Notes: generated by a model not told the origin, from the sequence alone. 64,000 nucleotides of DNA from an uncultured Bacilli bacterium (GCA_934096585.1 CAKOMG010000002.1:71277-135276), one strand, 5' to 3'; shown: positions 36,114-47,022, counted from the first letter of the stretch. Program-made: numbers and translations.

Positions 36114-37451
36114 ATGGATTTACTAACATGTGATGTTAAAAAAACGTATTTAAAGTTTTTCTTTGCGACTTTTGGAAGTGCATTAATTGCTAGTATCTAC
36201 GCACTTGTTGATATGGCAATGGTAGGACAATATTATGGCCCTATAGGGACATCAGCTATTGCGATTGTTTCACCAATTTGGAATATTATTTATAGTTTAG
36301 GATTACTTATTGGTATTGGTGCTTCCATTTTATATAGCGTATGTAAAGGAGAAAAGAAAGATAATCCAAATATTTACTTTTCTTCTGCAATAGTTTATGG
36401 AATAATTGTTTCAATTTTACTTTATATAGTAATTTGGTTAAAAGAAGATAGTTTATTAAAGTTTTTTGGGGGTACAGATGAAACAATCCCTTTAGCTAAA
36501 AAATATATGTTACCGATTAAATATTCAATTCCCTTATTTGTATTTGCACAAATACTTTCTTCATTTTTACGAAATGATAATGCTCCACGTTTGGCCACAA
36601 TTGGGGTAGTAATTGGTGGTGTGTTTAATATTTTTGGTGATTATCTTTTGGTATTCACGTTTGATTTAGGAATTATAGGTGCAGGAATTGCAACGTGCCT
36701 TTGTTCTTTTGTTAGTCTAATTGTTATGTTAACACATTTTTTAAATAAAAATAATTCTCTAGCGGTTTTTATTAATGGCGAAGTATTTAAACCCATTTTC
36801 AAAATATTTATTAATGGATTTCCTTCATTTATCATTGACTTATCAATGGGCATTTTAACAATAATTTATAATAGGCAAATAATTAAATATTTTGATAATG
36901 ATGTTTTATCAATTTATGGAATCATTATCAATATTAGTACACTTGTGCAATGTTGTTCTTATGGAATTGGTGAAGCAAGTCAACCACTAGTATCACAAAA
37001 TTTTGGTGCAAAAAAGTATGATCGAATCAATAAAGTATTAAAATATTTAATAGTAACATCATTTATTGTTGGGGGAGTGTGGGTAGCAATATCACTTGCT
37101 ATGCCAAATGTCCTAGTTAGAATATTTATGAAGCCAACAGATAGAGTTTTAATGTTAGCTCCAAAAATTATTCGCTTGTATTCAATTTCCTTTATTTTGC
37201 TACCTTTAAATGTTGCTTCTATGTTTTATTTTCAATCAATTTTAAAATCAAAAATATCCCTTATTATTTCTTTAGCAAGAGGCGTATTTATAAGTGGAAT
37301 ACTTTTATTAGTTCTACCACTAATTAATAAAGAATTGATTTGGATAACTATGGTCTTAACAGAAACAATTGTTAGTATATTTGTATTTTTAATTCTTTTT
37401 ATTAGCGAAAAGCAGTTCAAAAAACAAATTGACAAAGAAGCACTATTGTAA
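36114..37451 (+). CDS. MATE family efflux transporter
   Basis: 12-TM protein with a MATE-like N-terminus (...FFFATFGSALIASIYALVDMAMVGQYYGPIGTSAIAI...). Confidence 0.75.
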   Translation: MDLLTCDVKKTYLKFFFATFGSALIASIYALVDMAMVGQYYGPIGTSAIAIVSPIWNIIYSLGLLIGIGASILYSVCKGEKKDNPNIYFSSAIVYGIIVSILLYIVIWLKEDSLLKFFGGTDETIPLAKKYMLPIKYSIPLFVFAQILSSFLRNDNAPRLATIGVVIGGVFNIFGDYLLVFTFDLGIIGAGIATCLCSFVSLIVMLTHFLNKNNSLAVFINGEVFKPIFKIFINGFPSFIIDLSMGILTIIYNRQIIKYFDNDVLSIYGIIINISTLVQCCSYGIGEASQPLVSQNFGAKKYDRINKVLKYLIVTSFIVGGVWVAISLAMPNVLVRIFMKPTDRVLMLAPKIIRLYSISFILLPLNVASMFYFQSILKSKISLIISLARGVFISGILLLVLPLINKELIWITMVLTETIVSIFVFLILFISEKQFKKQIDKEALL

Positions 37452-37465
37452 TATAATATTATCTA

Positions 37466-38749
37466 TTGAAAGGTTACAATAATATGATTTTTGCATTAAT
37501 AGTTTTTATATTGACGTATGTATTAATGATTGCACTTCCTAAATACCGATTAATAACGGTAATAGTATCTGCACTAATATTTTTAGTTTTTGGTGTTTTA
37601 CCAATTAAGGAAGTATTTAATGCTATTGACTGGAATGTTTTAATGATTTTACTTGGGACAATGGGGGTTGTATTTTTCTTCATCGAATCAAAAATGCCAA
37701 ACAAAATGGCGGATATGCTTATTTTAAAATCAAGAAATACAATGTGGGCGGTTGTGCTTATATCTAGTTTTGCGGGTGTGATTTCGGCTTTTGTGGATAA
37801 CGTTGCAACAGTATTGATGGTTGCACCAGTTGGACTTGCAATTGCCAAAAAAATTAAAATATCACCTGTTCCAATGCTTATATGCATTTCTGTTTCCGCA
37901 AATCTTCAAGGTGCCGCAACATTAGTTGGTGATACGACATCAATAATGCTTGGTGGAGCAGCAAATATGTCATTTATTGATTTCTTCTTTATGAATGGTA
38001 AGCCTGGTATTTTTTGGGCTGTTGAATTAGGTGCACTGGCAACTGTTCCAATTATAATGTTTATATTTAGAAAAAATAAAGAAAAAGTAGATGCAGTAGA
38101 AGTGACAGAAGTAACAGATTACTTTCCTTCAATATTACTTTTACTTAATATTATCTTTTTAATCATTGCTTCATTTATTGAAAAAAAACCAGATATAACA
38201 AATGGTTTAATATGTGTTAGTTTATTTATCGTTGGTTTAGTAAGAGAGTTAATTAAGAGAAAGAACTTTGGATTTGTTAAAGAAACAGTTAAATCTATTG
38301 ATTTTGAAACACTTGGTTTACTTGCATGTTTATTTATAATTATTGCAGGTATAAAAGAAGCAGGTGTAATTGATGAAATTTCTAACTTATTTGTAAAAGT
38401 TGGTGGAAATAACTTGTTTCTAACTTATACATTAATCGTATGGGGGTCAGTAATAATATCTGCATTTGTGGATAACATACCATATGTTGCTACAATGCTT
38501 CCTGTTGTATTTGGTATTTCGCAAATATTAGGATGTGATCCGTTAGTACTTTATTTTGGATTACTAACAGGTGCTACACTTGGAGGTAACTTAACACCAA
38601 TTGGTGCTTCCGCCAATATTACAACTATTGGAATTCTTAAAAAAGAAGGATATGAAGTTAAAACTAGTGACTTTGTTAAAATTGGTGTTCCGTTTACATG
38701 TGTGGCGGTATTAGTTGGTTATTTATTTATATGGTTTGTATGGGCTTAA
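37466..38749 (+). CDS. ArsB/NhaD (CitMHS-like) superfamily permease
   Basis: About 12 TM. Internal repeat with 'GDTTSIMLGGAAN' and 'GGNLTPIGASANI' motifs characteristic of anion permeases of this superfamily. Confidence 0.65.
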   Translation: MKGYNNMIFALIVFILTYVLMIALPKYRLITVIVSALIFLVFGVLPIKEVFNAIDWNVLMILLGTMGVVFFFIESKMPNKMADMLILKSRNTMWAVVLISSFAGVISAFVDNVATVLMVAPVGLAIAKKIKISPVPMLICISVSANLQGAATLVGDTTSIMLGGAANMSFIDFFFMNGKPGIFWAVELGALATVPIIMFIFRKNKEKVDAVEVTEVTDYFPSILLLLNIIFLIIASFIEKKPDITNGLICVSLFIVGLVRELIKRKNFGFVKETVKSIDFETLGLLACLFIIIAGIKEAGVIDEISNLFVKVGGNNLFLTYTLIVWGSVIISAFVDNIPYVATMLPVVFGISQILGCDPLVLYFGLLTGATLGGNLTPIGASANITTIGILKKEGYEVKTSDFVKIGVPFTCVAVLVGYLFIWFVWA

Positions 38750-38777
38750 ACTGTTGACACAAGTCAGCAGTTTTTTA
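38749..38777 (+). terminator. intrinsic terminator after the permease gene
   Basis: AACTGTTGAC-ACAA-GTCAGCAGTT (one G.U pair) followed by TTTTTT. Confidence 0.6.
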
Positions 38778-38965
38778 TTATATTGGTACACTTAATGAAA
38801 AGTACTAAATATTGTATGAAAATTTAAATATTTGCATTAAGAGTTATTTAAATACTAACTTTTTTAATAATTAAATAATTGGTTTAAAATAAAAACGTTA
38901 TCAAAAAATCTTGATATAATTGGAAAAATATAGTAAAATAATAGTATAGAGGTTAGTATATTTAA

Positions 38966-40387
38966 ATGAAATATTTAATTCCTGGAATTATATTCTTATT
39001 AACAATAATAATAATTCTAGTATTAGCTCAAAAAAAGGATAAAAATTTTAAAGCCTTAACAAAAATTTTAAGTATTGTTTATTTTATATTAGTGTTTATA
39101 AATATAGTTTTACCTGATAGTTTCATTATGAGTAAAGATAGGGAAGTAGAAATAATAGCTAATAGAAATTATTTACAAGTGTTTTTACGATGGTTTAATT
39201 ATATGAGTGTAATTATTCTACCAATTGCTTCTTTCTTTAATAATAAAACAATGCGAAATATAGCTATATATTTTTGTTTACCTGTCGCTATTTTGAACGT
39301 TATATTTATTTATACATATGTACCTTACTTTACAAGTATTGAAGGAAGAGGTATAAATAATATTTCATCATTACCACCATATATAAAAGCATTCTTTATA
39401 AATGAAATTTTTAGAACAATTTGGTTTAGTTTGTTATTATTAATTGAATTAATTATTCCATTAGTATTATTGATATTTGAAAAACACAGGTTTACTTTTA
39501 AAGATAAAAATGAAATTAAAAATTATTTGTTGGTCTTATTATCAATGTTATTATTAATGGTTCCAATATATATTCCTCAAGTTATATTTGGCTTTAGTAA
39601 TATAATTTTTAAAGCTTATGGGATTATTCATATAGGATGGTTATTATTTATAGTAGTTGAAATTATATTGCTAATTAAAATATTTAAGAATAAAAGTTAT
39701 GAAGAACAATATATATTATGTTTAATATTAGCGCTTGTAACATTATTCCAATATAATTCAATGTTTTCCTTAACAATTTCCTTTAAAAGACTACCATTAC
39801 AACTATGTAATTTAGCATCTTATTTAATTGTTATTGCAATAATCACAAAAAACAAACATATATTTAATTTTAATTTTATAGTTAACGCCTTAGGGGCATT
39901 GATTGCAATACTTATGCCTGATTTAGATAATAAAGGAATTTTTAATGTATGGAATATGCATTTTATAACGGAACACACACATATTTTAATTGTGCCAATT
40001 CTTGCTTTGACATTTAAAATCTTTCCAAGAATTGATAAAGATTCTTTAAAAGATGCATTTATAGGTTTTTCCATATATTTTGTATTTTGTTTAGTATTTG
40101 GAACATTTATGAATGGGTTAGTGAAAATGACTGGTGAAACAAAGTTTGAAGTCAATTACTTATTCATGTTTGATATGAAAAAGGCAACTGAAGTGTTAAC
40201 ATTTATCAAAGGAATAGCAACAATTGAAATAGCATTTGGCAAATATTTTATATGTTATCCAGTTGTTCAAATCTTAGTTTATGTTGTATATTTTTCATTA
40301 TGTATTGGTGTATGGCTTTTAATCAAACTAATTTATAAATTATATGATGAGAGAAATAAAAAAGATAGTATCGAGTTAAATAATTAA
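38966..40387 (+). CDS. large polytopic membrane protein (473 aa, more than 10 TM), unknown family
   Basis: RBS AGAGGT upstream; highly hydrophobic throughout. Confidence 0.5.
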   Translation: MKYLIPGIIFLLTIIIILVLAQKKDKNFKALTKILSIVYFILVFINIVLPDSFIMSKDREVEIIANRNYLQVFLRWFNYMSVIILPIASFFNNKTMRNIAIYFCLPVAILNVIFIYTYVPYFTSIEGRGINNISSLPPYIKAFFINEIFRTIWFSLLLLIELIIPLVLLIFEKHRFTFKDKNEIKNYLLVLLSMLLLMVPIYIPQVIFGFSNIIFKAYGIIHIGWLLFIVVEIILLIKIFKNKSYEEQYILCLILALVTLFQYNSMFSLTISFKRLPLQLCNLASYLIVIAIITKNKHIFNFNFIVNALGALIAILMPDLDNKGIFNVWNMHFITEHTHILIVPILALTFKIFPRIDKDSLKDAFIGFSIYFVFCLVFGTFMNGLVKMTGETKFEVNYLFMFDMKKATEVLTFIKGIATIEIAFGKYFICYPVVQILVYVVYFSLCIGVWLLIKLIYKLYDERNKKDSIELNN

Positions 40388-40400
40388 TGGAGGTAAAAAA

Positions 40401-41006
40401 ATGAGAAAAATCATTACTATAGGAAGAGAATTCGGTAGTGGGGGCAGAGAACTTGGAAAAAGAATTGCGGAAGAATTAAAGATAGCATATTATGATAAAG
40501 AAATAATGGATGAGATTAGTAAAAAAACTTCTTTAGCAGAAGAGTATTTAAATCAAATAATAGAAAAGAGACCTATAACATATTATCCAATTACCATTGG
40601 ACATACATTCGGATCATATGATAATAATATTATAAGAACTCAAGCTTCAATTTATGCTGAACAAAGTAATGTTATAAAAGAACTTGCTTCCAAAAGTGAT
40701 TGTGTCATAGTTGGTAGGTGTGCTGATTATATATTAAAAGACTTTAAACCATTTAGAATATTTGTTTATTCTGATATGCCATCAAAAATTGATAGATGTA
40801 AGCATAAAGGAGAAGTAGATGGTTCTTTGACAGATAAACGTTTAAGCAAAGTAATTAAAGATATAGATAAACATCGTGCTAAATATTACGAATTTTATAC
40901 TGGGCAGGTTTGGGGAGATAAAAATAATTATGATATTTGCATTAATACTTCAAATAAAACTATTAAAGAAGTTGTAAATGAAATATTAAATGTTTTTAAA
41001 AATTAG
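40401..41006 (+). CDS. cytidylate kinase-like family protein
   Basis: 'IITIGREFGSGGRELGKRIAEELKIAYYDKEI' is the hallmark N-terminus of this family. RBS GGAGG upstream. Confidence 0.7.
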   Translation: MRKIITIGREFGSGGRELGKRIAEELKIAYYDKEIMDEISKKTSLAEEYLNQIIEKRPITYYPITIGHTFGSYDNNIIRTQASIYAEQSNVIKELASKSDCVIVGRCADYILKDFKPFRIFVYSDMPSKIDRCKHKGEVDGSLTDKRLSKVIKDIDKHRAKYYEFYTGQVWGDKNNYDICINTSNKTIKEVVNEILNVFKN

Positions 41007-41014
41007 TGATTTGC

Positions 41015-41683
41015 ATGGTTAAATTCAATAATTCATGGGATGATGTTTTAAAAGATGAATTTTCTAAAGAATATTATTTAAAACTCCACGAGTTTTTAAA
41101 ATATGAATATTCACATTTTAAAATATATCCCGATATGTATAAAATATATAACGCTTTAAAACTTACAAGTTATGAAGATGTTAAAGTAGTATTATTAGGA
41201 CAAGATCCTTATCATGAAGAACATCAAGCTCAAGGTCTATGTTTTTCAGTAGAAGAAGGAACTATTTTCCCTCCATCTTTAAAAAATATATTTAAGGAAT
41301 TAAAAGATGATTTAGGCATAGAAATTCCTAAAAGTGGCGATTTAACAAAATGGGCTAAACAAGGGGTACTGCTTTTGAATACAGTATTAACGGTAAGAGA
41401 ACATTATGCAAACAGTCATAAGAATAAAGGTTGGGAAATTTTTACTACAGATGTAATAAAAAAATTAAATGAAAGAAAAGAACCAATTATTTTTGTTTTT
41501 TGGGGTAATGATGCCAAACAAAAAAAAGCACTCATTACTAATCCTAAACACTATATTTTAGAAGCTAGTCATCCAAGCCCATTATCAGCTTACAATGGTT
41601 TCTTTGGTTGCAAGCACTTTTCAAAAATAAATAATATTTTAATTGGGTTAAATGAACAACCAATTGATTGGAATTTGAATTAA
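41015..41683 (+). CDS. ung: uracil-DNA glycosylase (family 1)
   Basis: 'VVLLGQDPYH' water-activating motif, 'GQAQGLCFSV', and the C-terminal 'HPSPLSA' His motif. Confidence 0.85.
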   Translation: MVKFNNSWDDVLKDEFSKEYYLKLHEFLKYEYSHFKIYPDMYKIYNALKLTSYEDVKVVLLGQDPYHEEHQAQGLCFSVEEGTIFPPSLKNIFKELKDDLGIEIPKSGDLTKWAKQGVLLLNTVLTVREHYANSHKNKGWEIFTTDVIKKLNERKEPIIFVFWGNDAKQKKALITNPKHYILEASHPSPLSAYNGFFGCKHFSKINNILIGLNEQPIDWNLN

Positions 41684-41686
41684 TAA

Positions 41687-41767
41687 GAGGCTATGGCGGA
41701 ATTGGTAGACGCGTCATCTTCAGACGGTGATGTTTTTAACGTGTGAGTTCGAGTCTCACTAGCCCCA
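41687..41767 (+). tRNA. tRNA-Leu (anticodon CAG), class II, no encoded CCA
   Basis: Acceptor GAGGCTA/TAGCCCC with an A2.C71 mismatch as read. D-arm GCGGAATTGGTAGACGC. Anticodon stem TCATC/GGTGA with loop TTCAGAC. T-arm GTGAG-TTCGAGT-CTCAC. Discriminator A. Confidence 0.75.
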
Positions 41768-41790
41768 ATTAATATAGAGGAGTTAAAGTA

Positions 41791-42966
41791 ATGATTCATA
41801 ATAAATTTAAGAATATTAATTTATCGCGGTTAGGATTTGGGACAATGCGACTTCCAATGAATAGTGATGGATCAATTAATCAAGAATTGACTGAGCAAAT
41901 GGTTGATTTAGCTATCACAAGTGGAGTTAATTATTTTGATACTGCATATCCTTATCATAATGGTTATTCAGAAATAGTTATTGGTAAAGCGTTAAAGAAG
42001 TATCCAAGGAATTCATATTTTTTAGCAACAAAATATCCTGGTCATCAAACTGCTTCTAGTTATAATCCAGAAGAAATATTTGAAAAACAATTAAAAAAAT
42101 GTGATGTAGATTATTTTGATTTTTACTTACTTCATAATGTCAATGAAGGATCATTTAAAGTTTATACAGATAAAAAATGGAATATTATTGATTATTTTTT
42201 GAAACAAAAAGAATTAGGTAGAATAAAGTATTTAGGATTTTCAACTCATGCAGATATACCTTGTCTAAAAGAGTTTTTAGATTTATATGCAAAAGATATG
42301 GAATTTTGTCAAATTCAATTTAATTATGTTGATGCATCACTTCAACATGCCAAAGAAAAATATGATTTAATAACAAGTTATAACAGTCCAGTAGGGGTAA
42401 TGGAACCAGTTCGTGGGGGAAAATTAGCTGTAATGGATGAAGAGTATAGTAAAAAGTTAAAAGAATTTAATAGCAATGATAGCATCGCATCATGGGCATT
42501 TAAATATTTATTACAATTTGAAAATGTGAAAATGATATTGAGTGGCATGAGTAATATGGAACAAATGCAAGATAACATCCAAACCTTCAATAATTACAAA
42601 GGCATTACTAAAGAAGAAAATGATTATTTAAATGAATTAGGTAGAAAGCTAATAAAAGGAGTTCCTTGTACAAAATGTGAGTATTGTGTTGCAGGTTGTC
42701 CTAAAAAACTTAACATACCAAAGCTTCTTTCAACATACAATGATATGAAGTATACATTTTCATTTACTCCAACAATGTATTTGGAAAATTTAAGTGATGA
42801 TGAAAGACCATCAGCTTGTATATCATGTTATAAATGTGCAAGAACTTGTCCACAAAAAATTGATATACCAAAAGCACTAAAGGAATTAAGTCAAATGTAT
42901 GAAAAAAATCCAAAATGGAAAGACATATGTATAGAGAGGGAAAAACAGGCAAAAGCTTTAAAATAA
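41791..42966 (+). CDS. aldo/keto reductase with a C-terminal 2x[4Fe-4S] ferredoxin-like domain
   Basis: AKR N-terminus 'LGFGTMRLP...NYFDTAYPYHNGYSE'. C-terminal Cys clusters CTKCEYCVAGCP and CISCYKCARTCP. Confidence 0.8.
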   Translation: MIHNKFKNINLSRLGFGTMRLPMNSDGSINQELTEQMVDLAITSGVNYFDTAYPYHNGYSEIVIGKALKKYPRNSYFLATKYPGHQTASSYNPEEIFEKQLKKCDVDYFDFYLLHNVNEGSFKVYTDKKWNIIDYFLKQKELGRIKYLGFSTHADIPCLKEFLDLYAKDMEFCQIQFNYVDASLQHAKEKYDLITSYNSPVGVMEPVRGGKLAVMDEEYSKKLKEFNSNDSIASWAFKYLLQFENVKMILSGMSNMEQMQDNIQTFNNYKGITKEENDYLNELGRKLIKGVPCTKCEYCVAGCPKKLNIPKLLSTYNDMKYTFSFTPTMYLENLSDDERPSACISCYKCARTCPQKIDIPKALKELSQMYEKNPKWKDICIEREKQAKALK

Positions 42967-42998
42967 AAATTGAGAGAAAAATAGAAAAGAGGAGAATT

Positions 42999-45197
42999 AT
43001 GAAAAAATTAAAATTATTGCTAGTTATGTTTATTGGTTTATTTTTGATTTCTGGTTGTAGCAAGAATGAGTTTACAGTATTGTTTAAAGATGGTGAAACA
43101 ACTGTTTCATCAGTAGTAGTAAAGAAAGAAGCACTTGTTGAAAAACCTCAAGATTTAGTTAAAGAGGGATACGATTTTATAGGATGGTATTTGGATGATC
43201 AAAAGTACGATTTTTCTATTCCTGTAGTTTCAGATTTAACTTTAATTGCCAAATGGGATCTTAAAACTTTCACAGTTAAATTTGTAACAGAAACTGAAAA
43301 AGAAGTTAAAGTAAAATATAATGAAAAGTTAGAAAAAATAACAGATCCAGTAAAAGTAGGCTATGAATTTATTGGTTGGTATGATGGGGATAATCTTTTT
43401 GATTTTAATACTCCAATTACTAAAGATGTGAAATTAGTTGCAAAATTTGCTATAAAACAAGTGTCTGTTAAATTTGTTGTTGATGAAAAAGTTATTAACA
43501 CAATCAAAGTAAATTATAATGAAACCATCAAAAATATAATTAATGAACCTACTAAAGAAGGTTATGAATTTATAGGTTGGTATGATGGAGAAAATCTATT
43601 TAGTTTTGATACTTTAATTACAAAAGATTTAGAATTGGTGGCTAAATATAGTATTCAAAAGTTCAACGTTAAAATCGTAGTTGAAGGAAACGAAATACTT
43701 AATTCTAAGGTTGACTATAATGGTAAAATTACTGCCCCAACAGATCCAGTAAAAGAAGGTCATCAATTTGATGGTTGGTATGTTGGTGATGAAAAATTTG
43801 ATTTTAACACACCAATTACAAAAGAAACAGTTATAATAGCAAAATTTACCCCTAACCAATATAAAGTTAAATTTATTGCAGATGGAGTGGAAATTGCTAC
43901 TGTTGATGTTAGTCATGGTTCTAAGGCAGTTGCTCCAACGGCACCAGATAAAGAAGGATTTGTATTTTCTAAATGGGATAAAGACATTAGTTCTGTAACA
44001 AGTGATATGGAAGTTAATGCTATTTATGAAGTGAAGAAATGTACAGTAAAATTTATAGTTGATGAAAAAGTGATAAAAGAAGAAAAAATAGATTATAATG
44101 CAGCAGTTGTTTATCCAGCAGATCCAAGTAAAGCTGGTTATACATTTACTGGATGGGATAAAGAAGTAAAAGAAGTAAAAGAAGATGTTGAAATAATTGC
44201 TACTTTTACTATAATTAAGTATTCAATTAAATATTATGATAGTGCTAATGAATTGAGTTATCCAGAACAAAGTGAATATACAATTGAAGATAACTTCTAT
44301 TTACCAACATTTAATGTAAATTTATCTAAATTTATGGGCTGGTTTACAAATCAAGATTTTACGGGTGATGCTTTATGTCAAATATCACAAGGAATGACTG
44401 GTGATTTAGTGCTTTATGCATTAAATGTTGTAATGGAATATAATGAAGGTGTAGAATGTTGGGATACAACTCCATTTGCATCAGAAACTGATGCTGCTAA
44501 AGGAATTGATACTATTACAACGCTGCCTAAAATATTTGAACAAGACTTTTATAAATATTTAATAGACAATGATTTGTTAAGTAGTACGAAAGTAAATGAA
44601 AAGTTAAGAGTAACTAATTTTGAAGAATTTTCTGGAGACAATAAACTTCACAATAATGATCCACGAAAGATTTGGAATGACACTTCATCAAATGCTTCTG
44701 GAACTGCAGATGGTTATGCTAATTTCTTCTTTGATAAAATTGTTGTTAGAAATGATTATACAGTAGAATCAGTAGAAGGTGGTATTTTTGGTACTGAACC
44801 TTATAAGACAAAATATTTCGCACTTTTGAATACTCTAGTTGCAATGTACAAATATAAAGAAGCAAATTCAAGGTATGAAAATATAAATGCGGGTACACCA
44901 CAAGTTAAAGCCTTTCTAGCGTTTATTGTTGATGGGTATTTCTATGGTACACAAGGTGTTGCAAAAGATTATTTCAAAAGTTTACGTATGGTGGTACCAT
45001 CAATGACAACTGCATATAAAATTGATGGTTCTAGTTGTAAAGCATTTGAAGTAAATCAAAACGCTATTACAGATCCAGTTAAGGTAGGTTATACATTTGA
45101 TGGTTATTATTTAGATAAAGAATGTACTAAAAAATTGGGTACAGAGCCAACTAAGAGATTATGTACAATTTATGTTAAATGGGTAGAAGTGAAATAA
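42999..45197 (+). CDS. surface lipoprotein with 7 tandem Listeria-Bacteroides (Flg_new-type) repeats and a C-terminal globular domain
   Basis: Signal peptide MKKLKLLLVMFIGLFLISGC (lipobox ISGC). Repeats of about 70 aa, each ending in a 'VKEGYDFIGWYLDDQKYDF...TLIAKW'-type motif. The track start at 42915 overlaps the upstream gene. Confidence 0.65.
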   Translation: MKKLKLLLVMFIGLFLISGCSKNEFTVLFKDGETTVSSVVVKKEALVEKPQDLVKEGYDFIGWYLDDQKYDFSIPVVSDLTLIAKWDLKTFTVKFVTETEKEVKVKYNEKLEKITDPVKVGYEFIGWYDGDNLFDFNTPITKDVKLVAKFAIKQVSVKFVVDEKVINTIKVNYNETIKNIINEPTKEGYEFIGWYDGENLFSFDTLITKDLELVAKYSIQKFNVKIVVEGNEILNSKVDYNGKITAPTDPVKEGHQFDGWYVGDEKFDFNTPITKETVIIAKFTPNQYKVKFIADGVEIATVDVSHGSKAVAPTAPDKEGFVFSKWDKDISSVTSDMEVNAIYEVKKCTVKFIVDEKVIKEEKIDYNAAVVYPADPSKAGYTFTGWDKEVKEVKEDVEIIATFTIIKYSIKYYDSANELSYPEQSEYTIEDNFYLPTFNVNLSKFMGWFTNQDFTGDALCQISQGMTGDLVLYALNVVMEYNEGVECWDTTPFASETDAAKGIDTITTLPKIFEQDFYKYLIDNDLLSSTKVNEKLRVTNFEEFSGDNKLHNNDPRKIWNDTSSNASGTADGYANFFFDKIVVRNDYTVESVEGGIFGTEPYKTKYFALLNTLVAMYKYKEANSRYENINAGTPQVKAFLAFIVDGYFYGTQGVAKDYFKSLRMVVPSMTTAYKIDGSSCKAFEVNQNAITDPVKVGYTFDGYYLDKECTKKLGTEPTKRLCTIYVKWVEVK

Positions 45198-45205
45198 TGA
45201 TGACA

Positions 45206-45238
45206 GAACTAGTAAAAACAAATTTACTAGTTCTTGTT
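45206..45238 (+). terminator. intrinsic terminator (11-bp stem) after the repeat lipoprotein gene
   Basis: GAACTAGTAAA-(6 nt)-TTTACTAGTTC followed by TTGTT (weak T-run). Confidence 0.5.
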
Positions 45239-45331
45239 GACTTACAGGGCTTAAATAAACTAATAATTTGATTAATTATTATAGTTATGCTATAATACTG
45301 ATATGATAAATAAATGAATGGAGAAATAAAA

Positions 45332-46996
45332 ATGAAAAAAATAATTATCATTATAATGCTATTTTTATCTATTTGGTTAGTTGGTTGCTTTAATGATGAT
45401 CCATCAATACCAGAAGAAATATATTATAATGTTGAATTTGTTACTGGAACTGATCAAGAAATTAAAAGTTACAAAGTTAAAAAGAATGAACTTGTACATA
45501 ATCCTGATGTTGAATTAATAAAAGAAGGATATGATTTTATGGGATGGACTTTAGATGGAAAACCATTCATCTTTGATACAACAATTAATTCCGATATAGT
45601 TTTAATAGCAAGTTGGAATAAACAACCGGACTTAATTCCTGAAATTGCTTTTGATGTTCCAAGTGTTCTCATGAGAGTTGATGAACAATATCGTTTTAAA
45701 CTAAAGATTAAAAATATTCCTTCTGAAAGTGATATTGAAATGATAATTCAAAACAATACAATTATTGCAGTGAGTAATAATGTAATAAAAGGATTAAGTG
45801 TTGGCAAAACTACTTTAGTTGCTAAATATCAAGATGTTGAAGCGATACTAAATATTGAAATTATCGAAAAAGCATTAAGTGTTAATGAAACTGAATATTG
45901 GATTAAACTAGTGAATAACCCTGATAGTTTAATAATGAATAGCGATGAAATTGCTAATTTTAATAAAAATGTCTATAGTGATTATTCATTAACAAAAGTA
46001 TATGATTTAAAAACTTTATCTTCAGATGTTTCAAAATCATATATTAAAACTATGATTGAAAAATATAATAGAATGAATGATTATAGAGTTTTTAATAGTG
46101 AAGATAAACAAATCACAATAGCTGAAAAGAATATGATACTTGCTAATCGGGCTTTAGATGAAATTACAGATGGAGCAGTTTATGGAGTTGTTTGCAATTT
46201 TACGTCCGTTCGATCTTTTCCTACAACTTATTATGCTAGTAGCAAAGAATATGATAAATTTCAAGAAACAGGTTTAAGTATAGGCGAGGGTGTTTTAGTT
46301 TATCATTATAGTGCTGATAAAAAATGGTGCTTTGTTCAAGCAGCAAATTATAATGGATGGGTTGAAACAAGTGATATTGCCACTTGTTCATATGAAGATT
46401 TTTTAAAATTTTACAATCCAGAAAAGTTTGTTATTGTTTTAAGTGAAAGAGAACTTTATAATGGTTTAATTTATCGTTTAGGTGATAAAATTCCATATAG
46501 CGAAAAATTAAACTCAAGCTATAAAATAATTTTGCCTGAAAGACTAGATGATGGTAGTTTAAGTGTGCAAGAACTAGAAGTTCAAAAAGAAAATTTAAAT
46601 GATGGCTATTTGTCATTTACTTATAGAAATATTTATACGGAAGCATTTAAGTTACTTAATACTCCTTATTGTTGGGGTGATTATGATGTTAAAGGCCGTG
46701 ATTGTTCATCAACATTAAATGCTATTTATAAGTGTTTTGGATTTGATATGCCAAGAAATACATCGAATCAAAGAAAAATTCCTGGCTTTTCTGAGAATGT
46801 AAGTGGACTTACAACAGAAAAACTAGTACAATATCAAAACTGTACAATGATATTTACGTCGTCACATGTAATGCTTTATATAGGATGTGATTTAGAGGGT
46901 ACACCTTATTTATTGCATAATAGTGGAGGGTGTAAATTGCAAAAAGCACAAAGCTATGGATTAAATAATATAATTAGTATTTTAAAAATTTATTAA
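45332..46996 (+). CDS. lipoprotein cell-wall hydrolase: Listeria-Bacteroides repeat + Big_2-like + SH3-like + C-terminal NlpC/P60 peptidase domain
   Basis: Signal peptide MKKIIIIIMLFLSIWLVGC. NlpC/P60 catalytic Cys motif 'DCSSTLNAIYKCFGFDMPRNTSNQ'. 'SSHVMLYIG' follows, as in P60 His motifs. Confidence 0.75.
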   Translation: MKKIIIIIMLFLSIWLVGCFNDDPSIPEEIYYNVEFVTGTDQEIKSYKVKKNELVHNPDVELIKEGYDFMGWTLDGKPFIFDTTINSDIVLIASWNKQPDLIPEIAFDVPSVLMRVDEQYRFKLKIKNIPSESDIEMIIQNNTIIAVSNNVIKGLSVGKTTLVAKYQDVEAILNIEIIEKALSVNETEYWIKLVNNPDSLIMNSDEIANFNKNVYSDYSLTKVYDLKTLSSDVSKSYIKTMIEKYNRMNDYRVFNSEDKQITIAEKNMILANRALDEITDGAVYGVVCNFTSVRSFPTTYYASSKEYDKFQETGLSIGEGVLVYHYSADKKWCFVQAANYNGWVETSDIATCSYEDFLKFYNPEKFVIVLSERELYNGLIYRLGDKIPYSEKLNSSYKIILPERLDDGSLSVQELEVQKENLNDGYLSFTYRNIYTEAFKLLNTPYCWGDYDVKGRDCSSTLNAIYKCFGFDMPRNTSNQRKIPGFSENVSGLTTEKLVQYQNCTMIFTSSHVMLYIGCDLEGTPYLLHNSGGCKLQKAQSYGLNNIISILKIY

Positions 46997-47022
46997 AAAA
47001 ATTATTATTTTGGGGTGATAAA

